Of a DNA stretch of 64,000 nucleotides, positions 25,221 through 38,220 are shown piece by piece. A program made the translations under genes and the position numbers. Positions within the stretch are counted from its first letter, which is position 1, and each line of letters starts with the position of its first letter. The notes under the pieces were generated by a model. The model was not told the origin of the DNA and ran no database searches. It was given only the letters and a program-made list of their open reading frames with translations. Source of the DNA: Octopus sinensis (taxonomy: Eukaryota); NCBI RefSeq assembly GCF_006345805.1, contig NC_043019.1:26411360-26475359 (forward strand), in the 5' to 3' direction.

Positions 25221-25778
25221 TAATAATAGTAAATGCCCTGATGCAATACTGGGCAGTGGCTCTTGTGGCTTCTGATCTTAACTGATTGGAAGTGTTATCA
25301 TGTACATTGTTTTGTCTTGGTATAAAAGATGGGCTACAGCAAATATTCTGCTCAATTCCACAGATTTGCTTGTCAGTTGTTTGACCTTAACCAGTTAAGC
25401 ATGTCCCTTAGTGGCTGACGATATGTGCATCTCTGATCATGAGCAGAAGTAGTGTGGGGGGGGGGGGCATCATAGCCATGTGTTGAGAGGAATTCTTTGG
25501 GGTTTGGATAATTCACCCCTGGAAATATGAGTGTTTCATTGAACATTGTTAAACAACCCTTATTCAGGGATTTTTTGAGCTGGATGAGCTACTCAACCTG
25601 AAGAAAATTGTAACTGGGTCCCACCTGCAAGGTGATGTGCTGTTTATCTTGATATGAGATCACCGTGTCTTGCACATATGGTTGTGATGCATGTGCCTGG
25701 TGTACCCTTATCAGACAGGTAGTCATGGTGTCATGGTGCCCCAGTGTCACTTTGATGGTATGCACTGCTCCTTCACTC
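24626..25778 (+). mobile_element. Two tandem S5 copies (24626-25182, 25232-25778) separated and flanked by (AAT)n
   Basis: Direct repeats starting AATGCCCTGATGCA and ending CTCACTC/TTCACTC. Confidence 0.85.
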
Positions 25779-26022
25779 AACAACAACAACAATCATTTCT
25801 ATTATAAGCATGAGCCCAGAAATTTTTGGGGAGGGGACTAGCCAATTACATTGACCTCAGTACTCAACTGGTACTTAATTTATCGACCCTGAAAAGATGA
25901 AAGGCAAAGCAGACCTCGGCGGAATTTGAACTCAAAACATAGACAAAATTCCACTAAGTATTTTTTTCTTGCACGCTAACAATTCTGCCAACTCACCACC
26001 TTTATAATAATAATAATAATAA

Positions 26023-26074
<52 letters not shown>

Positions 26075-26454
26075 GGTGGTAGTGGTGGTGGTGGTGGTGG
26101 ATGATGATGATGATGATGATGATAAATAATAATAATGTGTAGTGTAGCGTTAAAACTATATTTTATCTTATTTGGGGCCAAGCAATTTCCTGTATATTAA
26201 ATGCAGTTTTTGTTATGTTATTTTATCCTTTGTGGTGAATATTCTCCCTCTGCCCTTCATATCACATTACCATTTCTGGTGATTCCATCGAGTAAATTTT
26301 AGATTTGGGTTCACTCAGATGCACCAAATTATATTTGCAAGGTTTCAGCTGAAATTACACGGTAATGTGCGTGTGTGTATGTATGTATGTATGTATGTGT
26401 GTGTGTATGTATGTGTGTATGTATGTGTGTATGTATGTATATGTATGTATGTTA

Positions 26455-26485
<31 letters not shown>

Positions 26486-26571
26486 ATGTACACACACACA
26501 CATATGTATGTACATACACATACATATATAAATATGATATGTAAACATATAAATATATAAATATTAATATG

Positions 26572-26602
<31 letters not shown>

Positions 26603-26605
26603 GGG

Positions 26606-26658
<53 letters not shown>

Positions 26659-26952
26659 TATATAGATAGATAGATATAGATATATATATCCTCTCTTCTC
26701 TCTCCATGTGTTTGTGTGTATGTATGTGTGTGTGTGTGCAATTGTTGCTGGATTATGGTGTGTATGGGTGGGGAGTGGACCTGGTTCTTGTTGAAACTGT
26801 TTGTCAGGAAGTGAATTTTGGATAAGATGGAGGAGAAAGAAAGAAAGAAAGATAGAAAGAAGAAGAAGAAAAAGAAGAAGAAAGGTGAGGTGGGAGAGAA
26901 AAAGAAGACAAAAAGTGAATGAGAATGAAGGAGAAACATAATAATAATAATA

Positions 26953-26992
<40 letters not shown>

Positions 26993-27033
26993 TAATAATA
27001 CACTCTGGTTTATTGGCCACAAGGGCTAACATA

Positions 27034-27080
<47 letters not shown>

Positions 27081-27471
27081 CAATTATAATAATGATGATT
27101 GGGAAAAACGAAGATAAAGCAAGAGGAAGTAGAGGAGAAAAGAATTATTATTATTGATGATGATGATGATGATCATCATCATCATGATCATCATGATCAT
27201 CATCATTTATGACCATCAGCTTAGCAAGTCACGCTTGACCTCGCTCTGTGGATTTTTATAAACAAAACCACCAATAGCTTTTGTGTACACTTCTAGAATT
27301 TGTATCATCGTGGACAACAAGTTAATTGCTGTCATCTAGTGAGTTGCTTTTCGTGTGTTGTACCCCAGTCCTTGGGGAGATCTTGGTTTAATTTGCTTGC
27401 GTTGTGAAACTTTTCCGTTTTCGTATTCATCTATGGAGAAAAACTTCTCTTGGTGCAGTGCCGCTCATGTC

Positions 27472-27614
<143 letters not shown>

Positions 27615-28747
27615 AGCGTTATCAGGTGGAAATGAGAGAGGGTGCAAGCCTTGCGCAATATGTCGTCCCATTTGATAAGACAGACAAGTCCGTTTTTAAC
27701 AGGAACGAAGTTAAAATCGTTGATAAAGTAAATTTTTTCAAGAAAGACCTATTGAAAAGCCATTCTGCCAACAACAACATCAAGACTCTTTTTCAAGATG
27801 AACAAACTGGAATAAGGATAGATTCAGTTGATAGCCGGATTCGTCCCACACACGACTGCAAGTGTTCAACATAAACCCACAGGTGAGTAATGCTCGGGCA
27901 CAGGGCGAGTGCATGCAGGATAGTTTTGTAGCCCTGCATGCATCTTTGAGAAGCTTGGCTGACGACACTTCTGCGCCTGTTGAGTTTATCTCGAACAGGC
28001 AAAGCTCCCCGGTAGCACTTCCAGGCCAGAGTCGAGGGAAGTTGTCTCGCATAGTTGCCGATTGGAACTTTCTTTTTCCCTCTGGCTGTTTGATCTCTAG
28101 TGGCTGCCTGCTTGTGGCCATGACTCTAGTTGTCCGTTCACACTCATTGATGGACGCTCTCACTAACTAATTTCTTTTAATCGGTACACAGGCCATGACA
28201 CAGAGGGGACATCACAAGGACAAAACAAAAAAAAAAAACATTTAGGGGCTGGGGTTATACATTAGTTAAAAAATCGAATATAATGAAATCGGATGAATTT
28301 ACACAGTACAACGAAATCGAAATGAATTAAAAAATTACACGATGATATATTTTTCTCCTTTTTTTTACTTTTTTAATACCCTTTTGCTGTTGTTTTTTTC
28401 CCTTCTTTTTCTGTTCAGGCCGGCTACACTAGCGTGGCCCCATTCGCTCTCAACTTCATACGGAGTTCTTGTTTTTATAACTATCCAAAACTAGCCAGAA
28501 GGATAGACATATTGTTGAGAACAATAAATTTCGTTGGTGGTACCTGTTATCTCTATTCTGGCTTTTGGTGAAATAGAAGAGGTTAGAAGGGTCAAGTGGC
28601 GAAAACGTTATTCTGGCTAAGCGAAGGCATCTGGTAAATATAACTGGTCACTCACAGAAAAACTATTGTTTTACCTTGAGAAAAGTGAAATTTGGCAATC
28701 GAGGATCGAATCCACGCTATGCCTGCATGAAGCCACTACATATATAT

Positions 28748-29036
28748 TGTGTTGAGTCAAAAGTTTTGCGATATTCTGTTAACTTATTTCCTTTATTCAT
28801 TAAGTTACAACGAAATCATCCTATCATTGAAAGTTGAGGCCATCGTGTTGCACTGTCCAAAGCTACCATCCATGGCTCACTTCTTGCGGACGCTTCATCA
28901 ACCAAGAGGAGGAGGAAGCTGCTGTAAAGGAATCTTTCACCTCAAAGGACAAGGACTGGTATCAGCGTGGGATCAAAGAACTGGTAGAAAGATGGCTTCA
29001 GACGGTGCAATACGATGACCTCTACTTTGAATGCAA
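28748..29036 (+). mobile_element. Internally deleted mariner
   Basis: TIR-like start, then MAHFL..FINQEEEEAAVKESFTSKDKDWYQRGIKELVERWLQTVQYDDLYFE, a typical mariner C-terminus. Confidence 0.8.
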
Positions 29037-29231
29037 AGCTGCAGTAGTGAAACCCATTTCTCTTGTGACATTTTGTAGTCGACTAGCCTTTTATAGGCTC
29101 CATACGTTAATCTTTAATGATTGGTTTGACCTATCATGTGAGTTTGGAATATTTGGTTGAGTCCTGTATTTTGATTGGTCGAATATTGGAGCCTACGTTT
29201 GCTTATTTCTGGGAGCCTATGTTTGCTTATA

Positions 29232-29425
29232 CAGCAATTCCTCGACTATCATGGATGTTACGTTCCAAAACCTCTCACAGAAATAATTAAAATATAAAAA
29301 ATATAAATACCTATCGGCTGCAGAAACCTGCGATGTACTGAGGAATCCGCGATATAAATTTACATATATTAGCCCGAAAATTCCGCAATGTACTGCGTGC
29401 GTGATAGGTAATGCACGATCCCTAT
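29232..29425 (+). mobile_element. Tigger-like element left end
   Basis: TA|CAGCAATTCCTCGACTATCATGGATGTTACGTTCCAAAACC; repeated CCGCGAT-like motifs. Confidence 0.55.
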
Positions 29426-29626
29426 TGATCGGCCCCACTTTTAATTTTCACAATCCCTTTTGATCGGAATTCGCTCTTTTTTTCCCTTCTTCCCAAAAAG
29501 AAAAGCTCTACTTTGTATTTTGTCCCTTCTGTGTTCAGCCCTCCGTGACCAATAAAGAAATCTATCTATCTATCTATCTGTCTGTCTGTCTGTCTGTCTG
29601 TCAGACGGATTTTAAAAAGATCCATA

Positions 29627-29664
<38 letters not shown>

Positions 29665-29776
29665 TGTATGTGTGTGCGTGCATTGTAAGGACTGGACAGA
29701 AATGCTCGTAAGATTGACAATATGAGTACAAATAAAAAACTGCACTAGCATGTATATATATATCTATGTGACCACA

Positions 29777-29973
29777 TGTGTACCGTTGGCGATTTTTTTT
29801 TTCCTCTGTCTTCCCTTCTCTGGATCTCTCCTTCTCCTATGTTTCCGACGAAGAGCTCCGCTCGAAACGTTAAACCCTCCTTCTTTCCTTCTTTCCTGAG
29901 CGTCCAATAATACTATATTTGTTCCACATCTTCGAGTTGTTGTGTTTTTTTGTGCTTTCTTGTTTGGATTAAC
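29777..29973 (+). mobile_element. TA-flanked short element family B with hammerhead-like core (29841-29875)
   Basis: GTTT CCGACGA A GAGC TCC GCTC GAA ACGT T AAAC; downstream TTCCTGAGCGT..AATAC is shared with family A. Confidence 0.7.
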
Positions 29974-30744
29974 TATATTTATATATACTCGGCTTAACAG
30001 TATATGTTCTTGTCTTGTTATTCTCCTTGTCCTGTCTTTTACTGTTTATATTTTGTACTGTCGTTACTGACCTGTTTTTGTTACCATTTTTACCCCTCCG
30101 CAAAAAGATCTCAAACTTTTATTTAATTTGCTTTTCGCGGGAAGGAAAGTTTCTATCGAAGATGCGTATCACCTTCACCTTCGAAACGCAGAGTAGATGA
30201 AACCATGGTGACTGAAGAAGGGGAATTTTCCTTGTATTATTTGTCCTGTACTCTATTTTTTCGTTGTTTAAGAAAAATGTCCAGTTCCTTGGTTTTGTGT
30301 TTATGTTTTCGCTTCTCATTGCGTTCGACGTTTTTTGGTGTCCTGTACCCATATATGCATGTATATATACATGTAGAGGTAGGTACGTACATATATGTAT
30401 GTATATATGCATATGTTTTATTTATTAAATTATTTATATATATATATGTATATATATGTATATACAAATTGCAAAATACAATGACTGCATTTGTTGATCA
30501 CAGCACAACCTTCTTACGTTTTATTCTCTACAAAATATCTAACTGTATCTACTTCGCATTCAACTATTTATTGTAAACAAGTGTGTTGTAGTACCGAGGT
30601 TACTTTCCATTTTCTGTTCAAATTCCATCGATGCTAGCTTTCCTCTTTTAACCTTAGATATTAGAGCGGGGGCGACTTAGCAGACGGTATCCTTACCCGC
30701 TGAATTTATGACTATATTCTAGCGCTAATAAATCAATACATTTT

Positions 30745-30905
30745 ATCATATCATATTATATTATATTATATTATATTATATGATATTATATTATATGATA
30801 TTATATTATATTATATGATATTATATGATATTATATTATATTATATTATATTATATCATATTATATTATATATTGTATAATGTTATATTATTTTATATTT
30901 CGTAT
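30745..30905. repeat. (TATTA)n pentanucleotide satellite
   Basis: Read directly from the sequence. Confidence 0.9.
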
Positions 30906-32123
30906 TGTATTATATTAATTATATCATTAAAGCATTCTGGTTTTATATTATGAGATATATAGGCCGAAACATTTCTCGCCATCTTGATATGATAAAAAAA
31001 ACATCAGAAAAAATGGCATCGGAGATATGGAAATAAAATAAAACAAAGTAAATATTTTTAATTAGCTCCTGAGTTTTTCTTTATGTGTATATGTTAGATA
31101 GAGCAGGTGTAGTTTGGATGTCGTTAAAAATTGCAGAGGAAATCATTGGTAAATTATGCCGGAAGACATCAGCCAGCCATTAAAAAAAAGTGATCAGAAA
31201 GAACAATGGCTATTCTGCATTCTAATTTATTGATCTGTTTAAGTGTTTTATATTAATAAATATCCGTACACCCTCCTGTCATGCGTACGTACGTACGCAC
31301 GTACGTATGTACGTATATATGCATGTGTGTGTAATTCTGTGTATGTCTGTCTGTCTGTCTGTATGTCTACGAGTATGTACGTACATGTATGTATGTACGT
31401 ACGTACGTATGTATATGCGTACGTACCTATGTACGTATATATGCACGTGTGTGTAATTCTGTGTATGTATGTATGTATGTATGTACGTACGTACGTATGT
31501 ATGTATGTATGTATGCATGCATGTATGTATGTGTGTATGCAGGTATATATGTCTGTCTGTATGTATGTATGCATGCATGCACGTATATGTATGTATACAT
31601 GCAAGTATGTATGTGAACGCTACTGATAACATGTAACTCAGTGCAACGTGTTGCATAGTCGGATCGATGGCAACTAAACCGACGACCCCACCAAGCTCGT
31701 TTGGTGGTGGGTGGGTTTTGTTTTGGACACTGCAAGATAAAAATTATAATATGAAATTGTCACCCATAATTATGACCCTAGTATCGATCTATTGCATTTC
31801 AATCTGTTTTAGGGTTAGGGTTAGGGGTTGGGGGAAGGGTATCTTTTTTCTTCACAAATGTAAATAAACCCAATCTGTTTCTTAAACGAAGGACATATTC
31901 ATACGGCACAGAATGTTTTCACCTCAATAGACGTCATTGATTGGTTGAAATTGCAGAAATTGAAGAAAAACAACAACAAATATCTTACAAACTATAGAAT
32001 TTTCTCAATAAAGCCAAGAGAAAAAGATGATTTATAAACACATTCTACCAGTATACGAAGTTTAAAAGTGTTTAGTTACGTGGAAATTATTTTAAAAAAC
32101 TGCCGTTCAAACTGAAAAGATCC

Positions 32124-32462
32124 CAGTTTTCAACCCCACCCTATTCTGGTTATCTGAATTTCAAGATTTTTATAGTTGGATAATTTATTCACCCCTTTCA
32201 GAGACACATTATTGTCTGTAGGGACCAATACTTTGGTTAGGGGGTATTTCTTCCTGATTATCCTTGACAACAATATCTGGTCCATTAATCTGTCTGTATG
32301 GATTGGAATATCTCAAAATGTGGTCCCTTTGTCATTTTCAAAGATCCTTTCTGGTGTATGTCTATATCAACTTCTCTTGTCGGTTGCTTCCTAGCGCTAA
32401 CATTGCTTCCAGTATATGTAAGTCCCAACTCTCTCATGTCTGTGCACATATTACTTCTTAGC
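32124..32462 (-). pseudogene. R4/Dong-clade LINE fragment, restriction-like endonuclease region
   Basis: Translation with stops: YVHRHERVGTYIYWK..HTPERIFENDK..DIPIHTDR..PDIVVKD..VPTDNNVSLK..KLSNYKNLEIQITR (PD..D motif of the RLE domain). Confidence 0.8.
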
Positions 32463-33450
32463 CAAAACAATGTATTTGATTATTTCTTTCTCAATACCAC
32501 ATTTTCTGCAATTATCGTATTCTTATTTCTTTACTGCCCACAAGGGGCTACACACAGAGGGACAAACAAGGGCAGACAAACAGATTAAGTCAATTATATC
32601 GCCTCCAGTGCGTAACTGGTACTTATTTAATCGACCCCGAAAGGATGAAAGGCAAAGTTGACCTCGACGGAATTTGAACTCAGAACATAGCGGCCAACGA
32701 AATACTGCTAAGCATTACACCTGGAGTGCTAACGATTCTGCTAGCTTGCTGCCTTCAATTATTGTATTCTGCTTTATCACAAGCCTTTGGTGGTTTCTGA
32801 TGGGTCAGCTTTGATCTTGAACCTACCAGTCTCTGCTTCGAGTCTTGCACTTCTTTGAGAGTTTTACAAGGCTTTTTAAGTCTACTTCCTGATGTTCAGC
32901 TTTAGCAAACCACACAAAATCCTAAATGGTATTTCTTTCAGTTCTTTATATTTCAAGTTCAAATGCTGTAGAGATCAACCTTGTCTTTTATCCATTTGGG
33001 GTTGATAAATTAAAGTATCAATCAAGCACGGTGGCGGTTGATGTAAACCTCCTCTCTCTAAAACTTCTGGTCTTGTGCCAATATTTGAAAGAATTATTAT
33101 AGTTTCAGAAATAACCCATTATGTAACATATGTAGTTCAGAGTATACAAAAAACTAAAAGAATTAAAAAAGCCAAACCAAGACAAGACAAGACATGGTGC
33201 TTAAAGCTGGAACATATCTGACCAATGGTCAGCTTTGTCTAGAGCTGACATTTTGGTTAAACAACGATTACAAATTGGCTGTCTATTACCAGAATAGATT
33301 TAAGTTGAATAGATTACTTTCTCAATGAAGAAAGATTTTTAGAAATATAGAAATCAGTGGTTTTGGTTCTAGTTTTTTTTTAAAGATTTTAAAGAATTCT
33401 TAGTCTGATGTGAAAATATGTTGAAACAATTACAAATAAAAAAAACAAAC

Positions 33451-33500
<50 letters not shown>

Positions 33501-35537
33501 ATAATAATAATGGTAATAAATGCTCCCACTTCAAATTTTAAAAATGACAAAATATAGAGAAAACGATAAAAATATTATTTGATGTTGATGGCATTTAGGA
33601 GAGTAATTAATTTTAAAACCATTAGAGATAAATTGGGATTAATTCAAACAAATATATTTTGTTTGTTTCTTTTTTTTTTTTTTAAATATTTTATAATAAT
33701 TTAATAGTTACATTTCTGCCCACGCTTTACGACAGCTTTATTATTTTTATTATTTATGTTGAGTCATCTGAACTGAAAACACAGAGAGGAAAGGTTTGTG
33801 GCTTGTGTTGCTGACATATATCAACATCACCAACACAATTAAATGAACAGTTTTTGATTGTTAGAAGCACTTTGATGGGTTAGAGGACTTTTTCTTTTTT
33901 CATTTTTTTCTTTCAGTTGGAATTTTGGAATTTATCATTAATAATGGATTTTTATATGTGTGTTTATGTATGTATGTATGCATGTGAATGTATGAGTGAT
34001 AGTGGGACAGTCAGAGATTTAATGAAAGCAAATGAGGTCATCATTGTCATTGTCATCATCATCATTGTTGTCATCATCGTCATCATCATTGTCATCATCA
34101 TCGTCGTCGTCGTCATCATCATCATTGTCATCTTTGTCATTGTCGTCGTCGCCGTCATCATCATCACCATCATTTAACGTCCGTTTTTCCAAGCTGGCAT
34201 GGGTTGGACCATAGGGTTTGGAGGTGTATTTTAAAAAGCAGAAGGAAATGAGAAATAAAGTACTAAAAAAAAAAAGAGTTGGATGCTAATTAACCACCAC
34301 CACCACCACTATTATGACTACTACTACTACTAATAATAATAATAATAAAAGGTTTTGGCATTAAAGATTTAACTGTTGAAATGCTATGATAAACGAATTT
34401 TGCAAAATTTAATTTTAAAAATCAAAATCAAAGAACTAGCTGTAGACTTCCTAATTAGTAAATATTAGTTGAAATATTAATTAGTTTGTGTAATTTGTTC
34501 AATAAACTTCATTTGCATAGGCTAAAGTTGACTCAGACTTTAAAGTATAGGTGTACCTCGGTAAAAAAACAAAAAAAAAGGTAAATAAATATTTAGAAAC
34601 AAATGGTGGTTTCAAATTTTGGCACAAGGCCAGCAAATTCGGGAAAGGGGTGAGTCGATTACATTGACCCCAGTGTGTAACTGGTACCTATTTTATTGAT
34701 CCTGAAAGGAGAAAAGACAAAGCTGACCTAAGCAGAATTTGAACCCAGAACGTAAAAATGGACATCCGGCGTGCTAATGATTCTACCATTTCACCACCTT
34801 TACACTTTTTTTCAGTCACTGGACTGTGGCCATGCTGGAGTACTGCCTTCAAGGGTTTAGTTAAATAAATCAGCCCCAGTTCTTTCTTTTTTTTTTTAGC
34901 CCAGTACATATTCTGTCAGTTATGTTTTGCTGGACCACTAAGTTACAGGGATGTAAACAAACCAACTCCAGTTGTAAAAAATGTTGTGGGGGGGGGGGAC
35001 AAACACAAACACAAAGACACACACGGTTATGCTGGAGCACTACCTTCAAGGATTTTAGTCAAACAAATTGACCCCAAGACTGTTTTTTTAGCCTAGTACT
35101 TATTCTATCGGTCTCTTTTGCCAAACTGCTAAGATATGGGGACATAAATGCACTGACACTGATTATCAAGTGGTGGTAGGAGAAATACAGATATATATAT
35201 ATATATATATGACGGGCTTCTTTCAGTTTCCATCTACCAAATACACTCAAGGCTTTGGTCAGCTCAAGGCTATTATAGAAGACAATTTACCCAAGGTACC
35301 ATGTAATAGGACTGAACCTAGAACCATGTGGTTGGGAAGCAAGCTTCTTACCATACAACTACACTACACACACGTTTATGTAGTTGTTTTGCAAGATTTC
35401 TGATATGAAATCGTGTGTTGAAACAGATATTGTTAGATTTTGCGATAGTCTTTTTCTTTTTTTCTGGCCAAATAAACACATGTACTATATATTAAGAAAA
35501 TTACCATTTTTAAATCTTAGCAACAATACTTTGTAGT

Positions 35538-35858
35538 AAAGATTGTTTGCCAACATAACATGGCAGTCCTGGTTTAGGACTAATGTTGCTGTAATTTAGC
35601 CCCAGGAGACATCGTCTCCAGCTGGCTATACGACACAATCTGTGTCCTTATGTTTTCAAACAAGGGAATCTAGCACCCGGAAATCGTGATACACAGATAT
35701 TGTTTTGAACTGAGTGGGGGTGCTAGATTCCCTTGTTTGAAAACATAAGGACACAGATCGTGTCGTATAGCCAACTGGAGACGATGTCCCCTGGAGCTAA
35801 ATTACAGTAACATTAGTCCTAAACCAGGACTGCCATGTTATGTTGGCAAACAATCTTT
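35538..35858. repeat. Foldback inverted repeat, 141-bp arms, 39-nt spacer
   Basis: Arms 35538-35678 and 35718-35858 differ at 5 positions by manual alignment. Confidence 0.95.
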
Positions 35859-37274
35859 TCTACTATATATTTGTTCTTTACTTTTAATTTATTATTGTTC
35901 TGCTTTTACATTCTTTGGAAATCTTCCATCACACACCTGTGACCTCTTGAGCAACTCTTCATCCCACATGTCTCCTGTTCTGTTTAGTCCATTCTGCCTC
36001 CCTATGGTAATCATCATCATCATTATCGTTTAACGTCAGTTTTTCCATGCTGGCATGGGTTGGACAGTTCGACTGGGGTTTGGAAAACCAGGAGGCTGCA
36101 CCAGGCACCAGTCTGATCTGGCAATGTTTCTACTGCTGGATGCCCTTCCTAATGCCAACCATTCCAAGAGTGTAGTGGGTGCTTTTTATGTATTACCGGC
36201 ATGGGCCAGTGGGGGCTGGCATTGACCACGATCTGGTGGTGCTTTTTACATGCCACCAGCACAGAAGTCAGTCAAGGCAGTACTGGTATCGGCCACATTT
36301 GGATGGTGCTTTTTACGTGCCACTGGCACAGAAGCCAGTCGGGGTGAGGGGGCTGGCATTGACCATGTTCGGATGGTGCTTTTTATGTGCCACCAGCACA
36401 GGGACCGCAACTACAATTTCCATTTGATTGTGATTTGATTTCATTTTGATGTTGATGTACTTGACTCAATAGCTCTCCTCAAGCACAGCATGTTGCCCTA
36501 TGATCCAAGGCTACTTTTTGAGTTGGTTGGTTATGCAACACTGGTGTAGGTTACAGCTGTGATCACACTTTATTTGCTGGGTCTTCTCAGTTATAGCATA
36601 TCTTCAGAGGTCTCTGTGTATCCTTATCTGGTCTGAATCCTTATCTGTGCATGTGGTTGTAGCTGTGTGTGTGTATGCATATCAATGTGTCTTATAGTAT
36701 GTATGATTTGTGTGGTTGTGTATGTGGGTTTGGTTACTATACTGTTTCTATCCATGCCCATTATTAAGTTTTTTCATTTATTTATTTATCTCTCTTTTTC
36801 TTTCCCACTTCATCTTAAGTATGTGTATGTGTCATTGGTGTGTGTATATATTTGTTTATGTATTATGCAGTTTGTATCTGTGTCTTTTTCCCCTCCCACT
36901 CTGTCTTTAGTTGTCATGTTGCGTTGTGTGGTGGCGGGTGTTATTGTTCTATTTGTGTTTTCTGTTGAGGCTTTATTTATTACTATGTGTGTGGCTTCTG
37001 TAATCTAAGTGTCATGTCTGTTCTATGCGTTGATAACACCTTAACATCTATGTTATTAACTGAACCTCTATGTTCTAATTGAGTGTGTTGATAGAGCAAA
37101 CTTTTCTCCTCTGAGCTCCTGCCTGTGTTCACCTATCCACTCTCCTATGCTACATGCTGTCTCCCCTATGTAAGTTGTCTTGTTTCTTCAGAAATAATAA
37201 TATTTGAACTATGATAATAATAATAATAATAATAACAACAATAACAATAATAATAATAATTATTATTATTATTA

Positions 37275-38220
37275 AGGCAGTGAGCTTGCAGAATTAACAC
37301 ATGGGGTAAAATTCTTAGCGGATTTTGTCTGACTTTAAATTCCATCAAAATTGACTTTGCCTTTCATCCTTTTGGGATCAATAAAAGAAGTACCAGTTGT
37401 GTACTGGGGTTGCTGTAATCGACTTACTCCTTCCCTGAAATTGTTAGCCTTGTGCCTTAATTTGAAACTATTGCTATTCTTTTTATTATCAGTCAATGTA
37501 ATCAACTAGTCCCTTACCCAAAATTTCAGGCCTTGTGCCTTTAGTAGAAAGGATTATTATTATTATTATTATTAAAAACATTTCTTCCTGCTTTTTTATG
37601 TTCTGAATTCAAAATACCATCAATGTTGACTTTACCTTTCATCCTTTTTGGTGTCAATAAGTACCAGCTGGGTATTGGGTCAGCATAATCAACTTACCCC
37701 CTCCCCTAAAATTGCTGGCCTTGTGCCAATATTTGAAAGAATTATTAATTTCAGAACAGCTCTTTGGGCAGCATGCTGGCAGAATCATTAGATGTCAGGC
37801 AAAATGCTTTGCAGTATTTTCATCTGTCTTTACATTCTGAGATCAAATTCTGCCTAGGTTGACTTTGCCGTTTCATCCTTCCAGGGTTGATAAAATAAGT
37901 ACCAGTTGGATACTGGGGTCAATTTAATCGACTTACCATGTTCCCCCATCCCACTAAATTCCTAGCCTGGTGCTAGAAGTTAAAACCAACGTTCACCTTC
38001 ATTATGGTGGCAAGCTGGTGGTATCGTTAGCACACCTGGCAAAATGCTTAGTGGTATTTTATCCATCTTTTATGTTCTGGGTTCAAATTCTGCCAAGGTC
38101 GACTTTGCTTTTTGTCCTTTCAAGATCAATGAAATAAGTACCAGTTGAGTACTGGGGTCGGTGTAACTGATTAGCCCACTCCCCTGAAATTGCTGGCTTT
38201 GTGCCAAGATTTGAAACTAG
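37275..38220 (+). mobile_element. Cluster of about 5 same-orientation S2 SINE copies or fragments
   Basis: Repeated GACTTTGCCTTTCATCC..TAAGTACCAG..CTGGGGT core with GCCTTGTGCC tails. Confidence 0.75.

Noticed and set aside
24480-25800. Repeat-spacer appearance suggestive of a CRISPR array
   Set aside because: Eukaryotic retroposon copies separated by (AAT)n; no short constant repeats with unique spacers and no cas genes.
27626-28170. 82-127-aa ORFs on both strands
   Set aside because: No recognisable motifs; one runs through a consensus donor site. Better treated as possible UTR or lncRNA.
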